A stretch of 63,870 nt of DNA, counting the filler, from Octopus bimaculoides (taxonomy: Eukaryota), in the NCBI RefSeq assembly GCF_001194135.2. It is 4 parts of 4 records of this genome, joined end to end, with 100 filler letters (N's around TTAATTAATTAA, not from the genome) between each part and the next. Parts side by side here need not be neighbours in the genome. Positions count along the whole stretch, not along the records: positions 1 to 23,939 come from NC_068991.1; positions 24,040 to 44,647 come from NC_068992.1; 2 more parts are not named here. The stretch is one strand, 5' to 3'. The translations under genes were made by a program, and so were the position numbers. This document shows positions 14,786 to 26,624 of this stretch, in pieces (positions within the stretch are counted from its first letter, which is position 1; each line of letters opens with the position of its first letter). The notes beneath the pieces are model-generated. The model worked only from the letters and a program-made list of their open reading frames with translations. It was not told the origin of the DNA and did not search any database.

Positions 14786-15021
14786 CTTTAAGCATGGCTT
14801 TGCCAAATACTGATGCATCTCGATCTAAGGTACTGCAGTTCCAACGTTGATTTCGTAATTGAAATTGACATTCTTTTACTCCTATTTGAACTCCTTCCCT
14901 CAGGCTAAGCATCACATCTGGATAAATGCGACACAGCTTCTTCTGTTTCCCCACCAATCCAGGGATATTGCTGCACATCATTCGTGCGCCAACCATGTGA
15001 AGAGGGTACTGACTGATAAAC
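14786..15021 (-). CDS. WNT2: Wnt2-type ligand, internal coding exon (W/FISQYPLHMVGARMMCSNIPGLVGKQKKLCRIYPDVMLSLREGVQIGVKECQFQLRNQRWNCSTLDRDASVFGKAMLK/G)
   Basis: Wnt C..IPGL...Q..LC...ECQ.Q.R..RWNC signature plus Wnt2-like YPD.M.S..EG and TLDRD..VFG..ML; ttttcag acceptor, GTAAGA donor, phases 2/1 as expected for Wnt exon 2. Other exons not found in the window. Confidence 0.9.
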
Positions 15022-15063
15022 CTGAAAATAATAATGATAATAATAATAATAATAATAATAATG

Positions 15064-15130
<67 letters not shown>

Positions 15131-15152
15131 TAATAATAGTGATAATAATAAT

Positions 15153-15347
15153 ACATAACAAAAACACCAGGACTTACAAATATATATAACATACAGAAAA
15201 TTGCACTATTGGGTACTGCACACATCCTACGCAAAACACTTTCAATACAGTAACCATAAGAGCATCACAGCAAACCACAGCACATACCCAAGGCACACAG
15301 AGCTGCGCTCGGTAGTGAAGTGAAAGTACGTTATAAAAATAAAACTA

Positions 15348-15428
<81 letters not shown>
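15153..15428 (+). mobile_element. 5'-truncated RLE (R4/Dong-like) retrotransposon end with (AAT)n tail
   Basis: ..NIQKIALLGTAHILRKTLSIQ* C-terminal motif, short 3' UTR, (AAT)n on both sides. Confidence 0.75.
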
Positions 15429-15429
<1 letters not shown>

Positions 15430-15430
<1 letters not shown>

Positions 15431-16050
15431 CAACAACAACAATGTTGTATCTTGGATAGGTAGATTATACCAATAAAAATTAATTCTACAACACATTTAA
15501 TGAAACAATAGGCCATCTTGTTTCGAGATGTCCTGTGCTAACGCCATACGAATATAAAAGTCGCCACGATAGAGTAGGAGAGTATTGACATTGGAAGATA
15601 TATAAGCACTACAAAATCGACACTGTTACTAACTTGTATGAAAAGCATCCTGTGTCAGTTGAAGGTAAAGATGTCACCATCCTCTGGAATTGTCCAGTCA
15701 ACACTGCCAGAACAATCCAGGCTAATCGACCAGGTATAATTATTAAAGACAGGTAAGAAAATATTTGTAAACTAATAGATGTAAGTGTTCCTACGGATAA
15801 AAATATATTGATAAATGAGTTTGAAGAGCTTAATAAATATAAGGACCTAAAAATCGAAATACAGAAAATGAGGAATCTTAAAGCAAAAATGTTCCCGATA
15901 TTGTTGGTACTCAAGGTATGATAAAAAAATAAATAGGATGTCAGAAACATTTAGACAATATCCCAGAGAGCCATATCTCAAATAAATACAAAAGACTATG
16001 CTGACAAGTACTGCCCACATTCTTAGAAAAACTATCAATTCAAATTCCGT
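15430..16050 (+). mobile_element. RLE-type LINE remnant (zinc-knuckle and PD-D/E endonuclease region)
   Basis: YKSRHDRVGEY..W...ILWNCPVNTARTIQANRPGIIIKD..LIDVSVPTDKNI..KYKDLKIEIQKM with stops and frameshifts. Confidence 0.75.
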
Positions 16051-16213
16051 TTATATATTTGTTTTGCAACATTTTTGGTGTGAAATCGTGTGTTGAAACA
16101 GATGTTGTACTTGGGGATGGTCATGTTACCAGTTTAGCTAATAAAAACACACGCACTGTATATTTGGTGTTAATTTGCTTCAGCTTTATATTACATTACA
16201 TTAATCCTATTTC

Positions 16214-16258
16214 GGCCAGAGTTCTTTCGTCACACTTCTGTGACCTCATCAGTGGTCC
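16214..16258 (-). ncRNA. Mirror copy of the hammerhead motif (Wnt2 sense strand)
   Basis: Exact reverse complement of 16363-16407 in the left palindrome arm. Confidence 0.65.
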
Positions 16259-16362
16259 TTTGCTTTCTTCTTTCTTATGTGTGTCCTTCTTTGCTAACTA
16301 TCAGCCATTTTGTTGGCTGATAGTTAGCAAGGTGAGACACACAAAAGAAAGAAGAAAGCAAA

Positions 16363-16407
16363 GGACCACTGATGAGGTCACAGAAGTGTGACGAAAGAAC
16401 TCTGGCC
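16363..16407 (+). ncRNA. Minimal type I hammerhead ribozyme motif
   Basis: GGACCA-CUGAUGA-G-GUCACA gaag UGUGAC-GAAA-G aa C-UC/UGGCC: core boxes, stem II, 2-bp stem III, stem I with one bulge; predicted cleavage after 16402. Confidence 0.65.
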
Positions 16408-16805
16408 GAAATAGGATTAATGTAATGTAATATAAAGCTGAAGCAAATTAACACCAAATATACAGTGCGTGTGTTTTTATTGGCTAAACTGGCAACATGA
16501 CCATCCCCAAGTACAACAATATCAATTTAAATGTTTTTGTAATATATAAATGCATTTCTGTACTGCCCTCCCCACTTCGCTTTCCTAAGCTTTCAGTTGC
16601 ATCTCAACATCTCTTAATCTTCACTTGCCCTATGGTGTGTCCCGGCAAGGGAATGCATCAAACATGCAGATTAAAATAATGATAATGATAATAATAATAA
16701 TAATGATAATAATAATAATAATAATACAGTTCTATATTTAAGAGATGAAGAATTATGTACATTATTTACACTTGACGGATATTTGTCCTCATCCTGTTTG
16801 TTGTT

Positions 16806-16852
16806 AACACAACGTTTCGGCTGATATACCCTCCAGCCTTCAGCAGGTATTT
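16806..16852 (-). ncRNA. Variant minimal hammerhead (core CUGCUGA, probably inactive)
   Basis: AAUAC-CUGCUGA-A-GGCUG..CAGCC-GAAA-CG-UU/GUGUU; the truncated right arm keeps the canonical GACAC-CUGAUGA-AGGCUG. Confidence 0.55.
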
Positions 16853-17151
16853 TGGGAAAATTTCGAACCTGGGTTCTCATTCCTAAGGTATTTTTCGATG
16901 TTGTTGTTGTTATTATTATTATTATTATTGAAATCGAACTCGGAATCTTGGGGTTAGTAGCCCGCGCTCTTAACCACTACGCCATATGACCGTAGTTAAG
17001 AGCGTAGTGGTTAAGAGCGCGGGCTACTAACCCCAAGATTCCGAGTTCGATTCCAAGCAATAATCTGAATAATAATAATAATAACATCGAAAAATACCTT
17101 AGGAATGAGAACCCAGGTTCGAAATTTTCCCAAGACACCTGATGAAGGCTG
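16834..17151. mobile_element. Head-to-head inverted pair of tRNA-headed elements with an (AAT)n linker and hammerhead-type tail
   Basis: 16834-16982 is the reverse complement of 17002-17151; A/B-box-like gcgtagtggttaagagcgcgggct..gagttcgattcc head. Confidence 0.85.
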
Positions 17152-17700
17152 AAATTTTTAAATTATAGAATTTGTGGAGAGTAAGAGCTTCGAACGAACA
17201 AACAACGACAGTGTGGACCTACAGAGTAAGCAATCGACGAAGAGAAATATTAATGGCAGTTAGGCCAAGATACATTGTAATGAATAACGCCTGGAAGAAA
17301 TTTTGAAAGGATATAGAATAAATAGAAGAGAAGAAAATAGTAGAAGAGAAAAAATGTTGGGAGGCGAGAAAAATGAGGTCCAGCTAAGTGAGCGTCGTAT
17401 CCAGAAAAGACAGAGGTGAGAGAAATGGCCTGTAGTCACGTGGAAACAAACAGGCAGACGAGAAGGGGGATGAGGGAAAGAAGCAAAGGGAGTGAGGAGA
17501 AATGAGAAGCAACGAAATATAGCAGGGAGTGGAAGAAAGATAGACAGAGAGCAGCAAAGAAGGAGGGGGAGAAACGGAAAGTAAAGAGGATTATAGAGAG
17601 GTAGAGAGAAAGAAAGAGAACATAGTGTAGAGCCGCAGAAATTATAAATAAAAGTAAAAACTTATTGTGGACAAGGCTGTGTGGCGTTTGATTATAAATA

Positions 17701-18040
17701 AATAAACATAAAATACATCAAGTACAGGACATCACCAACGAATGAAAAATACGTAAACACACGAGTGATATGTACAGGACAAAATATCATAAAATATACA
17801 ATAAGAACACCAACGGGTGAAAAATACGCAAACAAATAATGAAACGAATACGAGACAAAATACCAAAAGAAGTGTACCCCATTCTCAGTTGTCGACTGTT
17901 TGTTACTCTTTATTTCGAGCTTTCAACAACAAGATAGGAAATCTTCATAAAATAACAGCATCCAGAAATTTTTAAATATAAAATTTACGTATTTTTCATT
18001 CGTTTGGGATGTCCTGTACTTGATGTATTTTATATTTATT
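17701..18040. repeat. Direct-plus-inverted repeat (17701-17757 versus 17984-18040, partial direct copy 17772-17833)
   Basis: aaatacatcaagtacaggacatc..acgaatgaaaaatacgtaaa appears forward, diverged forward and reverse-complemented. Confidence 0.8.
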
Positions 18041-19029
18041 TATTTATTTATTTATTTTCTTCCACTCCCTGCTATATTCATACAGTGTTATTATATCAAT
18101 ATATGTGGCTTCTAACTTAAACTGCCATGTTCTACTGTGATAATATTTTCCCAGTTTAATGTAACGTAGTCGTTCAGCAATATCTCTGCTAAGATGAAAA
18201 TCAAAGCATAGCTTGATGGGGTTTCGATTCAAGAGCTTAGAGGTAGTAAATACATATAATGCAATATATTTTGTCTGATGCACTGCTGTTTCTGCTATCC
18301 ATGGTAATGATAACTTAATGATTACTTACATTAGTATGGACAAATAAATTTATGGAAGAAGAAACTAGTTGTTTCGTTTACTAACGTATTACTGATACTT
18401 ATATTATCGAATACAAAATGGCTGTCGACAAATTTCCTGTATCTTATTCCACTTAGAGTGTTTTATTGCTGTTAAATAAATAACAATAATTTTCATGACA
18501 GCACTTACTAATTAACTTACTTTCTTCTATTTAAAATATTAATGTCGCCTTGGATAAGATTGAGAATATTTCGTCGTAGATGTTGCAGATGGTGTTTTTT
18601 GGATGTATTTATTACAATAAATTAATAACGGTCATAATATATTAAAATTAACGCGACATTATTTAAATTGCCGTACATAGTAAAATACATCCATAGCATT
18701 CCACTTGCTCGCATATATAAAAGTTGATTTATGAACAGCGTAACGTCTCTTAAAAGATATTTCAGATATGCTAATGTAGGATTTAGTACATGACACACAC
18801 TAAAGGAAAATGGAGGCGTTTGCTTAGTAAACAATACTCTACATTACATTTACGAACGAAGGGATACACTTAGTAAATTTACAATTACATTAATAATTTT
18901 TTATGAACCTGAGTAACTGCTGACTGATTTGGATGCATTGTTACTAGCTATATATCGCGGTTTAGTATAGTTACTGAGGTTATGATGTCGGCCATACTTT
19001 AATACCACACATTCGTTATCTACGAACGA

Positions 19030-19187
19030 ATGTGTGGTAAGAAGCTTGCTTCCTAACCACATGGTTCCAGGTTCAGTCCCACTGAGTAGCACCTTCGGCA
19101 GGTGTCTTCTAATATAGCTTCGAACCGACCAAAGCTTTGTGAGTGGATTTGGAAGACGGAAACTGAAAGAAACCCGTCGTATATATA

Positions 19188-19218
<31 letters not shown>

Positions 19219-19470
19219 GTGTGTGTGCGTGTGTGTGTGTGCGTGCGTGCGTGTGTGTTGTGTCTGTGTTTGTCCCTCACTACCGCTTGACAACCGGTTT
19301 AGTGTGTTTACGTCACAGTACATTAGCGCTTCGGCAGAATAGACTGATAGAATAATTACTTGGACTTAAAGAAAATAAGTCCTGGGGTCAATTTGTTCCG
19401 ACTAAAACCCTTTAAGGCGGTGCCCCAGCAAGGCCGGTGTCAGATGACTAAAACAAATAAAGGATGAAAG
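19030..19470 (+). mobile_element. Microsatellite-containing SINE
   Basis: Same family as 11020-11415. Confidence 0.85.
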
Positions 19471-19775
19471 GACAAATGAAAGTTAACTGTAACTGACGTG
19501 TCATCTAATTGAAACTCCGCCCCCATTCAGTCGCAACGTAAATTATTACAGAGCCAACAGTTGTCTAAATTTGTTTACCAAACTCTACTCTAAATGAAAT
19601 CACTTTTATAAGCTTTTCAAATGGTACAATTCTTCAGTCCTGCAGTTTTATTTCTGACTACTTTTATGCACCACACAATAAATGTCCTTCAGACAGTAAA
19701 TATCCACACTCACGCACATACATGTATACATACATGCATACATACATACATACATACATACATACATACATACAT

Positions 19776-20300
19776 GAAATCGTGCACAGTTGTGGAAATC
19801 AGTTACCCAGCGGATGTTAACATAAAGGTGAAGATAAATGAAAAAGAGAACACCTATGCTGAACTATTGAGAAATCTGAAGTTACTCTATCCAGATTACA
19901 AGTTCAGGTTTATACCGGTAATTATTGGGGCGCCGTGATATGTAACACACTGCCTAAATACCAATATTGAGAAATTAGGCTTCTCAAAACCAGAAAGGAG
20001 AAAGCTAATTTGAAAACTACAGATCCAATCTATCACTGGAACTGCAAAAATCTGTAAAACTTTCCAGAAGTTTATCATTTAAATATATATGAGCATGTCT
20101 AGATATGCAACTATATGCATGAGAGTACATAGATAAAACATACAAATCTGCACATACATACATACATACATACATACATACATACAAACAAAAATACCCT
20201 GTTGTTGATGTTGAAATTCCAATGAAGGAGCCTTAGCTCTATGTTAGAAACCGGTTCTTTCTCTATTGGCAAGAAATCTTGAAATAAACTGAATAATGAC
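19776..20300 (+). mobile_element. 5'-truncated RLE LINE end flanked by (CATA)n
   Basis: VVEISYPADVNI..KENTYAELLRNLKLLYPDYKFRFIPVIIGA..SITGTAKICKTF then 3' UTR; (CATA)n on both sides. Confidence 0.75.
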
Positions 20301-20659
20301 ATACATACGCAAATACATACAGAGAGATAGACAAACAGGCATAAGCAAAGACAAACAGATAAAGATATAGTTAAGTATGGCTGTAGAGAGATAGATTACC
20401 CAGCAAGTGTTGAATGATTTGTGAATCCTGTAGGTAAAACACCTACTCATCTAAGTGTAAAAAGAGTTTCATTAGACGTGTATTTTTAAAACTTTAGAAG
20501 TAAAACGAGGTCTGAACCTAATAAATGCTCCCAAAGAATACAGTACCTTTCCTTAACACTTAAATATATTAATATACAGTGGTGAGTAATTACGTAAGAT
20601 AAAAGAAAATCACTATCGCATTGACAAAAACACGCATGTGTGTGTGTGTGCATGTGCGC

Positions 20660-20715
<56 letters not shown>

Positions 20716-21044
20716 GGCGGGAGGTTATAATGTTACATTAAATGCATTGGTTTCAGTACAGGGTACGTGGATTGGCTCCATTCCCGAGTACAGGGGGCTG
20801 GGTTCATAATAGAATACAGTAACAAGTTCAATTACCCCATTACAGAGGACAGCTGTTGGTTCATTACAGTAATTGGCTCCGTTACAGAGTATCGTGAATG
20901 CTTCATTAGAGTACAGTATTTGGGTCCATAACAGAGTACTGTGTTATTCTGCTGAAAATTAAAATCAGTCCTGCAGTAGTTTCTTCGGATCAGATATTTT
21001 CTCTCTGGATAGTTGTTTCCAGAAGTCAGAGTCACGGAGCGGAA

Positions 21045-21294
21045 AAAATCCAGGCTACATAGGTTTCCTAGCCAGCAGAACCTTCGAAGTAATAATTTCC
21101 CAACGAGGCATACTACTCCACAAGCTACTAATCAGGCCGAAGATACCTTAGTACTGTCGTCAAGGGGTCCCAAGTTAACTCGCAGAAGATTTTAAGGTAT
21201 ATTTGGCCTGATAAGTAGCTAGTAGAGTACCCTTATTCAGTAATTATTACTCCCGAGGTTCTACTAGCTAGAAAACATATGTAGCCTGGATTTT
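21045..21294. mobile_element. MITE/fold-back-like element with long imperfect inverted arms
   Basis: aaaatccaggctacat..agaacct..gaagtaataat pairs with attattac..aggttct..atgtagcctggatttt; inner agctact..atcaggcc..atacctta pairs with taaggtat..ggcctgat..agtagct. Confidence 0.7.
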
Positions 21295-21554
21295 ACCTGT
21301 TCCATTCCCTCAATAGGGATTTTTGTTCGCATGCATAACAACCATAGTTGCTAGCCGTGAACTATAAAATAACTTTTTTCAGCTTATCGAAAAATTTGGG
21401 AAAAATTTACAATCTTCTTCGCCAATAAACTACTATTGTTTCAGAAAGTTGTTTTTTATACCTTCTACGAACTGCTCGAAGATTACTCAGTCCTCATACG
21501 TAGATGCTTGGATATTATAATGATATATTTCGGTAGAATAGACTGATAGAATTA

Positions 21555-21750
21555 GTAAGATTGTTGTTTCGATTCCTGGACCGGGTGACGCGTTGTGTTC
21601 TTGAGCAAAACACTTCATTTTAGGTTACTCCAGTCTTCTCAGCTGGCAAAAACGAGTAACCCTGCGACAGACCGGAGTCCCGTCCAAGGGACGAATATAT
21701 ATGGCACAGAGTCCGGGCAACCGGTCTTATGAGACTACAGCTCGGGATTA
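21555..21750 (+). mobile_element. tRNA-derived SINE fragment (related copy at 47030-47230)
   Basis: B-box gtttcgattcc followed by cttgagcaa..ctccagtc..gctggcaaaaa shared with 47080-47160. Confidence 0.6.
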
Positions 21751-22852
21751 CGTACAGACAAAATATATTGCATTATATGTATGTACGACCTTTTCGCGAA
21801 GTCATTATTTTGTATAGTCGTCATTTTCCAACTTCTAAAAGAAAGAAGCAGAATCGATCGGTGCAAATGAATGTAATCAGTACGGAAAGTATCACTGCAA
21901 AGTATTTCTATTAATTGGACCAGTTTTGTACATCATACAGCATGTGTTATCACTAAAACATCCTTGGAAACTTCGACAACATTATAATTGATGAATTCTT
22001 TATATATCTTACTATTAATCTATCTGTCTAACTGCTAGTCTGTTGGTGTGTCTTGCATTCAGAGCCCAAGACTATGAAGGTTATTAAGAAAACAATAATG
22101 TAAATGATCGCCAATTGCCATATTATGTGCTTGTTGTTGCTTAGCCTGAACAAGACACTCACTGAGCCAACTAAAAGCCAATACTGTTTTTCATATGGAT
22201 AAATAGCGTTCTTTTAATAACATTATCTTGCAATTGGAACATGGGACGTGATTTGCTCGAGATATGTTTGCTATTTCTAGCAGGTCACGCCACCACATAG
22301 ACGTCTTGTCCAAGCGAAAACATGACGTTCGTAAACAGAATAAAATATGTTAAACTTTACGATGACTGTGTTATTGGATAAAACTTGGAGCTGTAGGGCC
22401 ATTCTCGCGTGACGTACATGGTAGAGACACAAATTGTGAAATATCTAAGCAATAAGTCTTGAATATTTACAAAAATTGCATTGATACATTTCTCACAATA
22501 AAGTTTTACTACCCAGGCAGTTATTAAGTAAAAGCACTTTTACCTGGAACATAAAATAAATTGCTTGATGAGAATCCAAACTGTGTGACGTATATGATAT
22601 TGCACAAAATATTTTTTCACCTGAAAATCGTTGCCACTAATTCCTTAGAATATTTCCACAGTAGCATAAAGAGCCCCATGGCGATTGTTTATGTTAACCT
22701 TGAAATGTAGAAACATGCTAATGAGTTTGCTGGACAACAATGTCTGCGGTTACAATTTCCATATACTTGGTCTGCGTGACAAAAATGGATGTGATATACA
22801 CAAAGAAAAGTTTCATTTTAAAGACAACTCTGTGTAGATCTATAACATTTTC

Positions 22853-23026
22853 AGGAGTGGCTGTGTGGTAAGTAGCTTGCTTATCAACCACATGGTTCTG
22901 GTTTCAGTACCACTGCGTGGAACCTTGAGTAAGTGTCTTCTACTATAACTGTGGCCCGACCAAAGCCTTGTGAGTGGATTTGGTAGATGGAAACTGAAAG
23001 AAGCTCGTCGTTTATATATATATATG

Positions 23027-23064
<38 letters not shown>

Positions 23065-23262
23065 TGTTTGTTCCCCAACATCGCTTAACAACCGATGCTG
23101 ATGAGCTCACGTCCCCGTACCTTCACGGTTCGGCAAAAGTGACCGATAGAATAAGTATTAGGCTTACAAAGAATAAGTCCTGGAGTCGATTTTCTAGACA
23201 AAAGGCGGTGCTCCAGCATGGACGCTGTCAAATGACTGAAACAAGTAAAAGAGTAAAGGAGT
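22853..23262 (+). mobile_element. Microsatellite-containing SINE, full length
   Basis: aggagtggctgtgtggtaagtagc head to gaaacaagtaaaagagtaa tail. Confidence 0.85.
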
Positions 23263-23436
23263 CAATATTAATATCTGCTCAAAAATGAGCCATTTCAACA
23301 TACTTTTATAGATATAGGAAGATTATCTGGGCATTATAAAATTTTTTTCATATCTGTTTTAGTTTATATTTCACGGGAATGACCTTCTTGTTATCATTGT
23401 CCATGTGTTATTTCACCCACAGATTAGTCGCATATA

Positions 23437-23543
<107 letters not shown>

Positions 23544-23939
23544 TGTGTGTGTGCATGGGTGCATGCGTGCGTGCGTATACATATGTCCTTGTGTGTAATG
23601 TGTTGTGTATGGTGTGTATATGTGCTGTGTGAGTGTAATTCTGTGCGTGAGTAATTGTATAAATATGTGTGTGTGTATGTGTGACAGTGCGTGTGTGTGA
23701 GGTTGTTTGTGCTTAATACAAGAAATAAGAGGAACTATGTCCAGGCTGGTTTTTCAAATTGAACACATCAAGTCATCATTAAATTCAAGTTGATCGATAT
23801 CGATTTATATATGAGCTAAATCACATGTTTCTATATATAATGACATAATAATGACACACATATACAAAAGCACACACTTGTATGTATACATACATACATA
23901 TATATGTGCGTGTGTATATATATATATATATATATATAT

Positions 23940-24039
23940 NNNNNNNNNNNNNNNNNNNNNNNNNNNNNNNNNNNNNNNNNNNNTTAATTAATTAANNNNN
24001 NNNNNNNNNNNNNNNNNNNNNNNNNNNNNNNNNNNNNNN
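23940..24039. other. Synthetic scaffold spacer 44N-TTAATTAATTAA-44N
   Basis: Identical 100-bp construct also at 44648-44747 and 59247-59346. Confidence 0.95.
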
Positions 24040-24094
<55 letters not shown>

Positions 24095-25201
24095 GTGTGT
24101 GTGTGTGTGTATGCATGTATGTTTGTGCCTGTGTAAGTATTTTGAAGTAAAAGAGAAATGATTCTTACTCCAAAATTGTTACTTCTTATTCTTAATTCCA
24201 TGCTATGGAACGTTTTTAATGCAGCAGCTATACTTTTGCAATGCAAAAGGACGGGGATATAATTATTCGTCCCGAACGCACAAGGAAATAGAGTTGCCAT
24301 CTGAAGATTCTATGTGGATTGTAATAAGAAATTCCATGGATTTGATTTAAAACTCCGAAGCAATAAATAAACCCTATTCATTCAATATCATATCTTTTCC
24401 AAATAGCTATTTTTTCTCCTCTGCATCACAATAGCTCTGCCCACTCACTGAATCAAAATAAGAGTATTTCTGAACGTTCAGATCCTTCATTTATACCCGA
24501 TTTCTTCGGCTTAATTGCGTCCTCTGAGCGATTTTCGCTCACCGTGAACTGTATAGACACATTAAATTCTTTGTATCTGCTGATTAGATTGTAGATATAT
24601 GCAAAAGATTCTTTTATGCTGCTCAGTCGATCACAAGAAAGACAGAATTTTGAAAAATGTCATGCATGGTAATAGCTTTGCATTAACAGTCCTACTTTCA
24701 ATACTCTATATGCTGAAGAAATATTCAAATGTTTTACCATAAGAAGTCATATACCTAAATAGAAAGGATTCTTCCATTGGTTACTTAAGAATTTTTGTTC
24801 TGTATTACGATAGACTGAGGGTTTATAGAAAGACGGCTGAATAACTGGTTTGCTTGAGATGTACATAAAGAAAATCGATGTCCTAAAATGATATATAAAG
24901 AAATGTATAAAAATGAAGCACTGAATTTTAGAGTTTATTCAGAACAAAATTCAAAACACAATATGTATTTTATCATCTATACAAAACTATGTATACAAAA
25001 GCTTTTGGAGCTTTCTTTAAGAAGTATTGGCAAGGTAGTACCCCACTATGACCGCACCCCAATGACTGAAAGAAGTAAAAACATCTATTTTGCGCTGCTG
25101 GCCATATTTTATTGAAATGTTATTATAAGTTGCTTGCTAGTTACTATTAAATATTCTAAACATATGTATTTAATTGCTATTCTTGAATAATTAAAATAGA
25201 T

Positions 25202-25277
<76 letters not shown>

Positions 25278-25287
25278 NNNNNNNNNN

Positions 25288-26300
25288 ATACAGTGTCCGC
25301 CTGAAAATGTGTTATTCATACATCAGAAAAGAACATGGTGTAGAAATATTTTATACTGTATTTATTCAGATATCACGGGAATAATATAAGTTCCCTTTAA
25401 ACTGAAATTACCTGAGGTGCTCAGAATGGTGGCTATTTGATTCCAGACACTTATTAGTTCGGCGAACAGTTGCTAGGGCAACGTTGCCGAAAGTGTCCAG
25501 CTGGACTGCTACATATGCCATTTCAATTTCCTCCCGAAGACAGTCAGTGTTCCTTTTAAGATAAGTAAAAGTCTGAAGGTGTTAAATCATGAGAATGTGT
25601 TTGGAACTTATTTGCACCTCTTTGCCTATTCAGTGTCCTGGCAAATTCTCCTCCAAGTAAGCCCGCACGTCTCGACAGTTGTATGGCGGAGCGCCATCTT
25701 GTTGGAAGAAAAGAAAAATTCATTTCCGTGATTGCTAATGGCAGATAAAATTGATGTGCGTAGTTCGCCTCAATATACTTGACCGGTAACAGTACCTTCA
25801 AAGTAAAATGGTCCTATTAAATCTCTCGAGGATACTCTACACTAGACATTGACTGTCGCGAAATTGGCTGCTTTGTCCACGTGCAAGGAAGGATTTTTTG
25901 ATGCGCTATAAATATGGGTTCATTCTTCCATTTAGCTTGAATGGTACTTCATTAGACCACACAATCGTTCTCAAAACCTCTTCATCATTGCCTACCATGT
26001 GTTGAAACCACTCCAAAAATTCGATTATTCAACTGAGACTGTCCTCATTAATTACATCTTGGGATGTAAACTTTCTACTTAGCTCTTTTAAGAATGCGCT
26101 ATATGTGTGATGTTTGTATTATTTACTCATGTCTCGCGTGCACATTGTGCGGTAGACTGCTGTAGCGAGTGTTTGAAATGTTCCAATAATATAGCCGGGG
26201 AAACAGTAGTTGTTACTGTACGAAGTATGTCGGATTTTCCCTTCTGCGCATCATGCACGGTACTCTGTGTTTCAAACATGTCACGAATCTGTTAAATTTT
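25288..26300 (-). mobile_element. Degenerate Tc1/mariner-superfamily transposon
   Basis: Minus-strand FQQDGAPP..CRDVRAYLEENLPGH*IG and HSHDLTPSDFYL (PDLTP.DFYLW motif) with stops and frameshifts. Confidence 0.75.
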
Positions 26301-26624
26301 CAGGCTTGTTGAAGGTCCTGTTACAAACTCCACCGCCCAATTGTCGTTGAACTTCAACAACATTCTCAAACTTGAAATACCTCTTTAAAATCATCATAGA
26401 CGATAACTGTAGTAATGCTTTTTTAGGACAGTCTGCACGTCATCGACCTGCTTATAGGTGACAAGCGTCAACCTCTCGGTTAACACCTAGGCTAAAATCT
26501 TATAACCTGCATTCATCAGAGTTATGAGCTGAAATTGCCTATTTCGTTTCCTTTCTCAGCAGCACTACCACATCATGGCTCACATTACTAGGCATTCTCC
26601 TGTTCTACTGCCGTTTGCGGTAGA

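Larger units (their letters stand above)
16103..16518. repeat. Near-perfect 416-bp palindrome (arms about 205 bp, 6-nt loop ttttgt at 16308-16313)
   Basis: 16103-16307 is the reverse complement of 16314-16518 with few mismatches. Confidence 0.95.

Noticed and set aside
17002-17060. tRNA-like sequence with A and B boxes
   Set aside because: No acceptor stem or 3' arm; continues into a repeat body and is mirrored at 16930-16982, so it is a SINE head.
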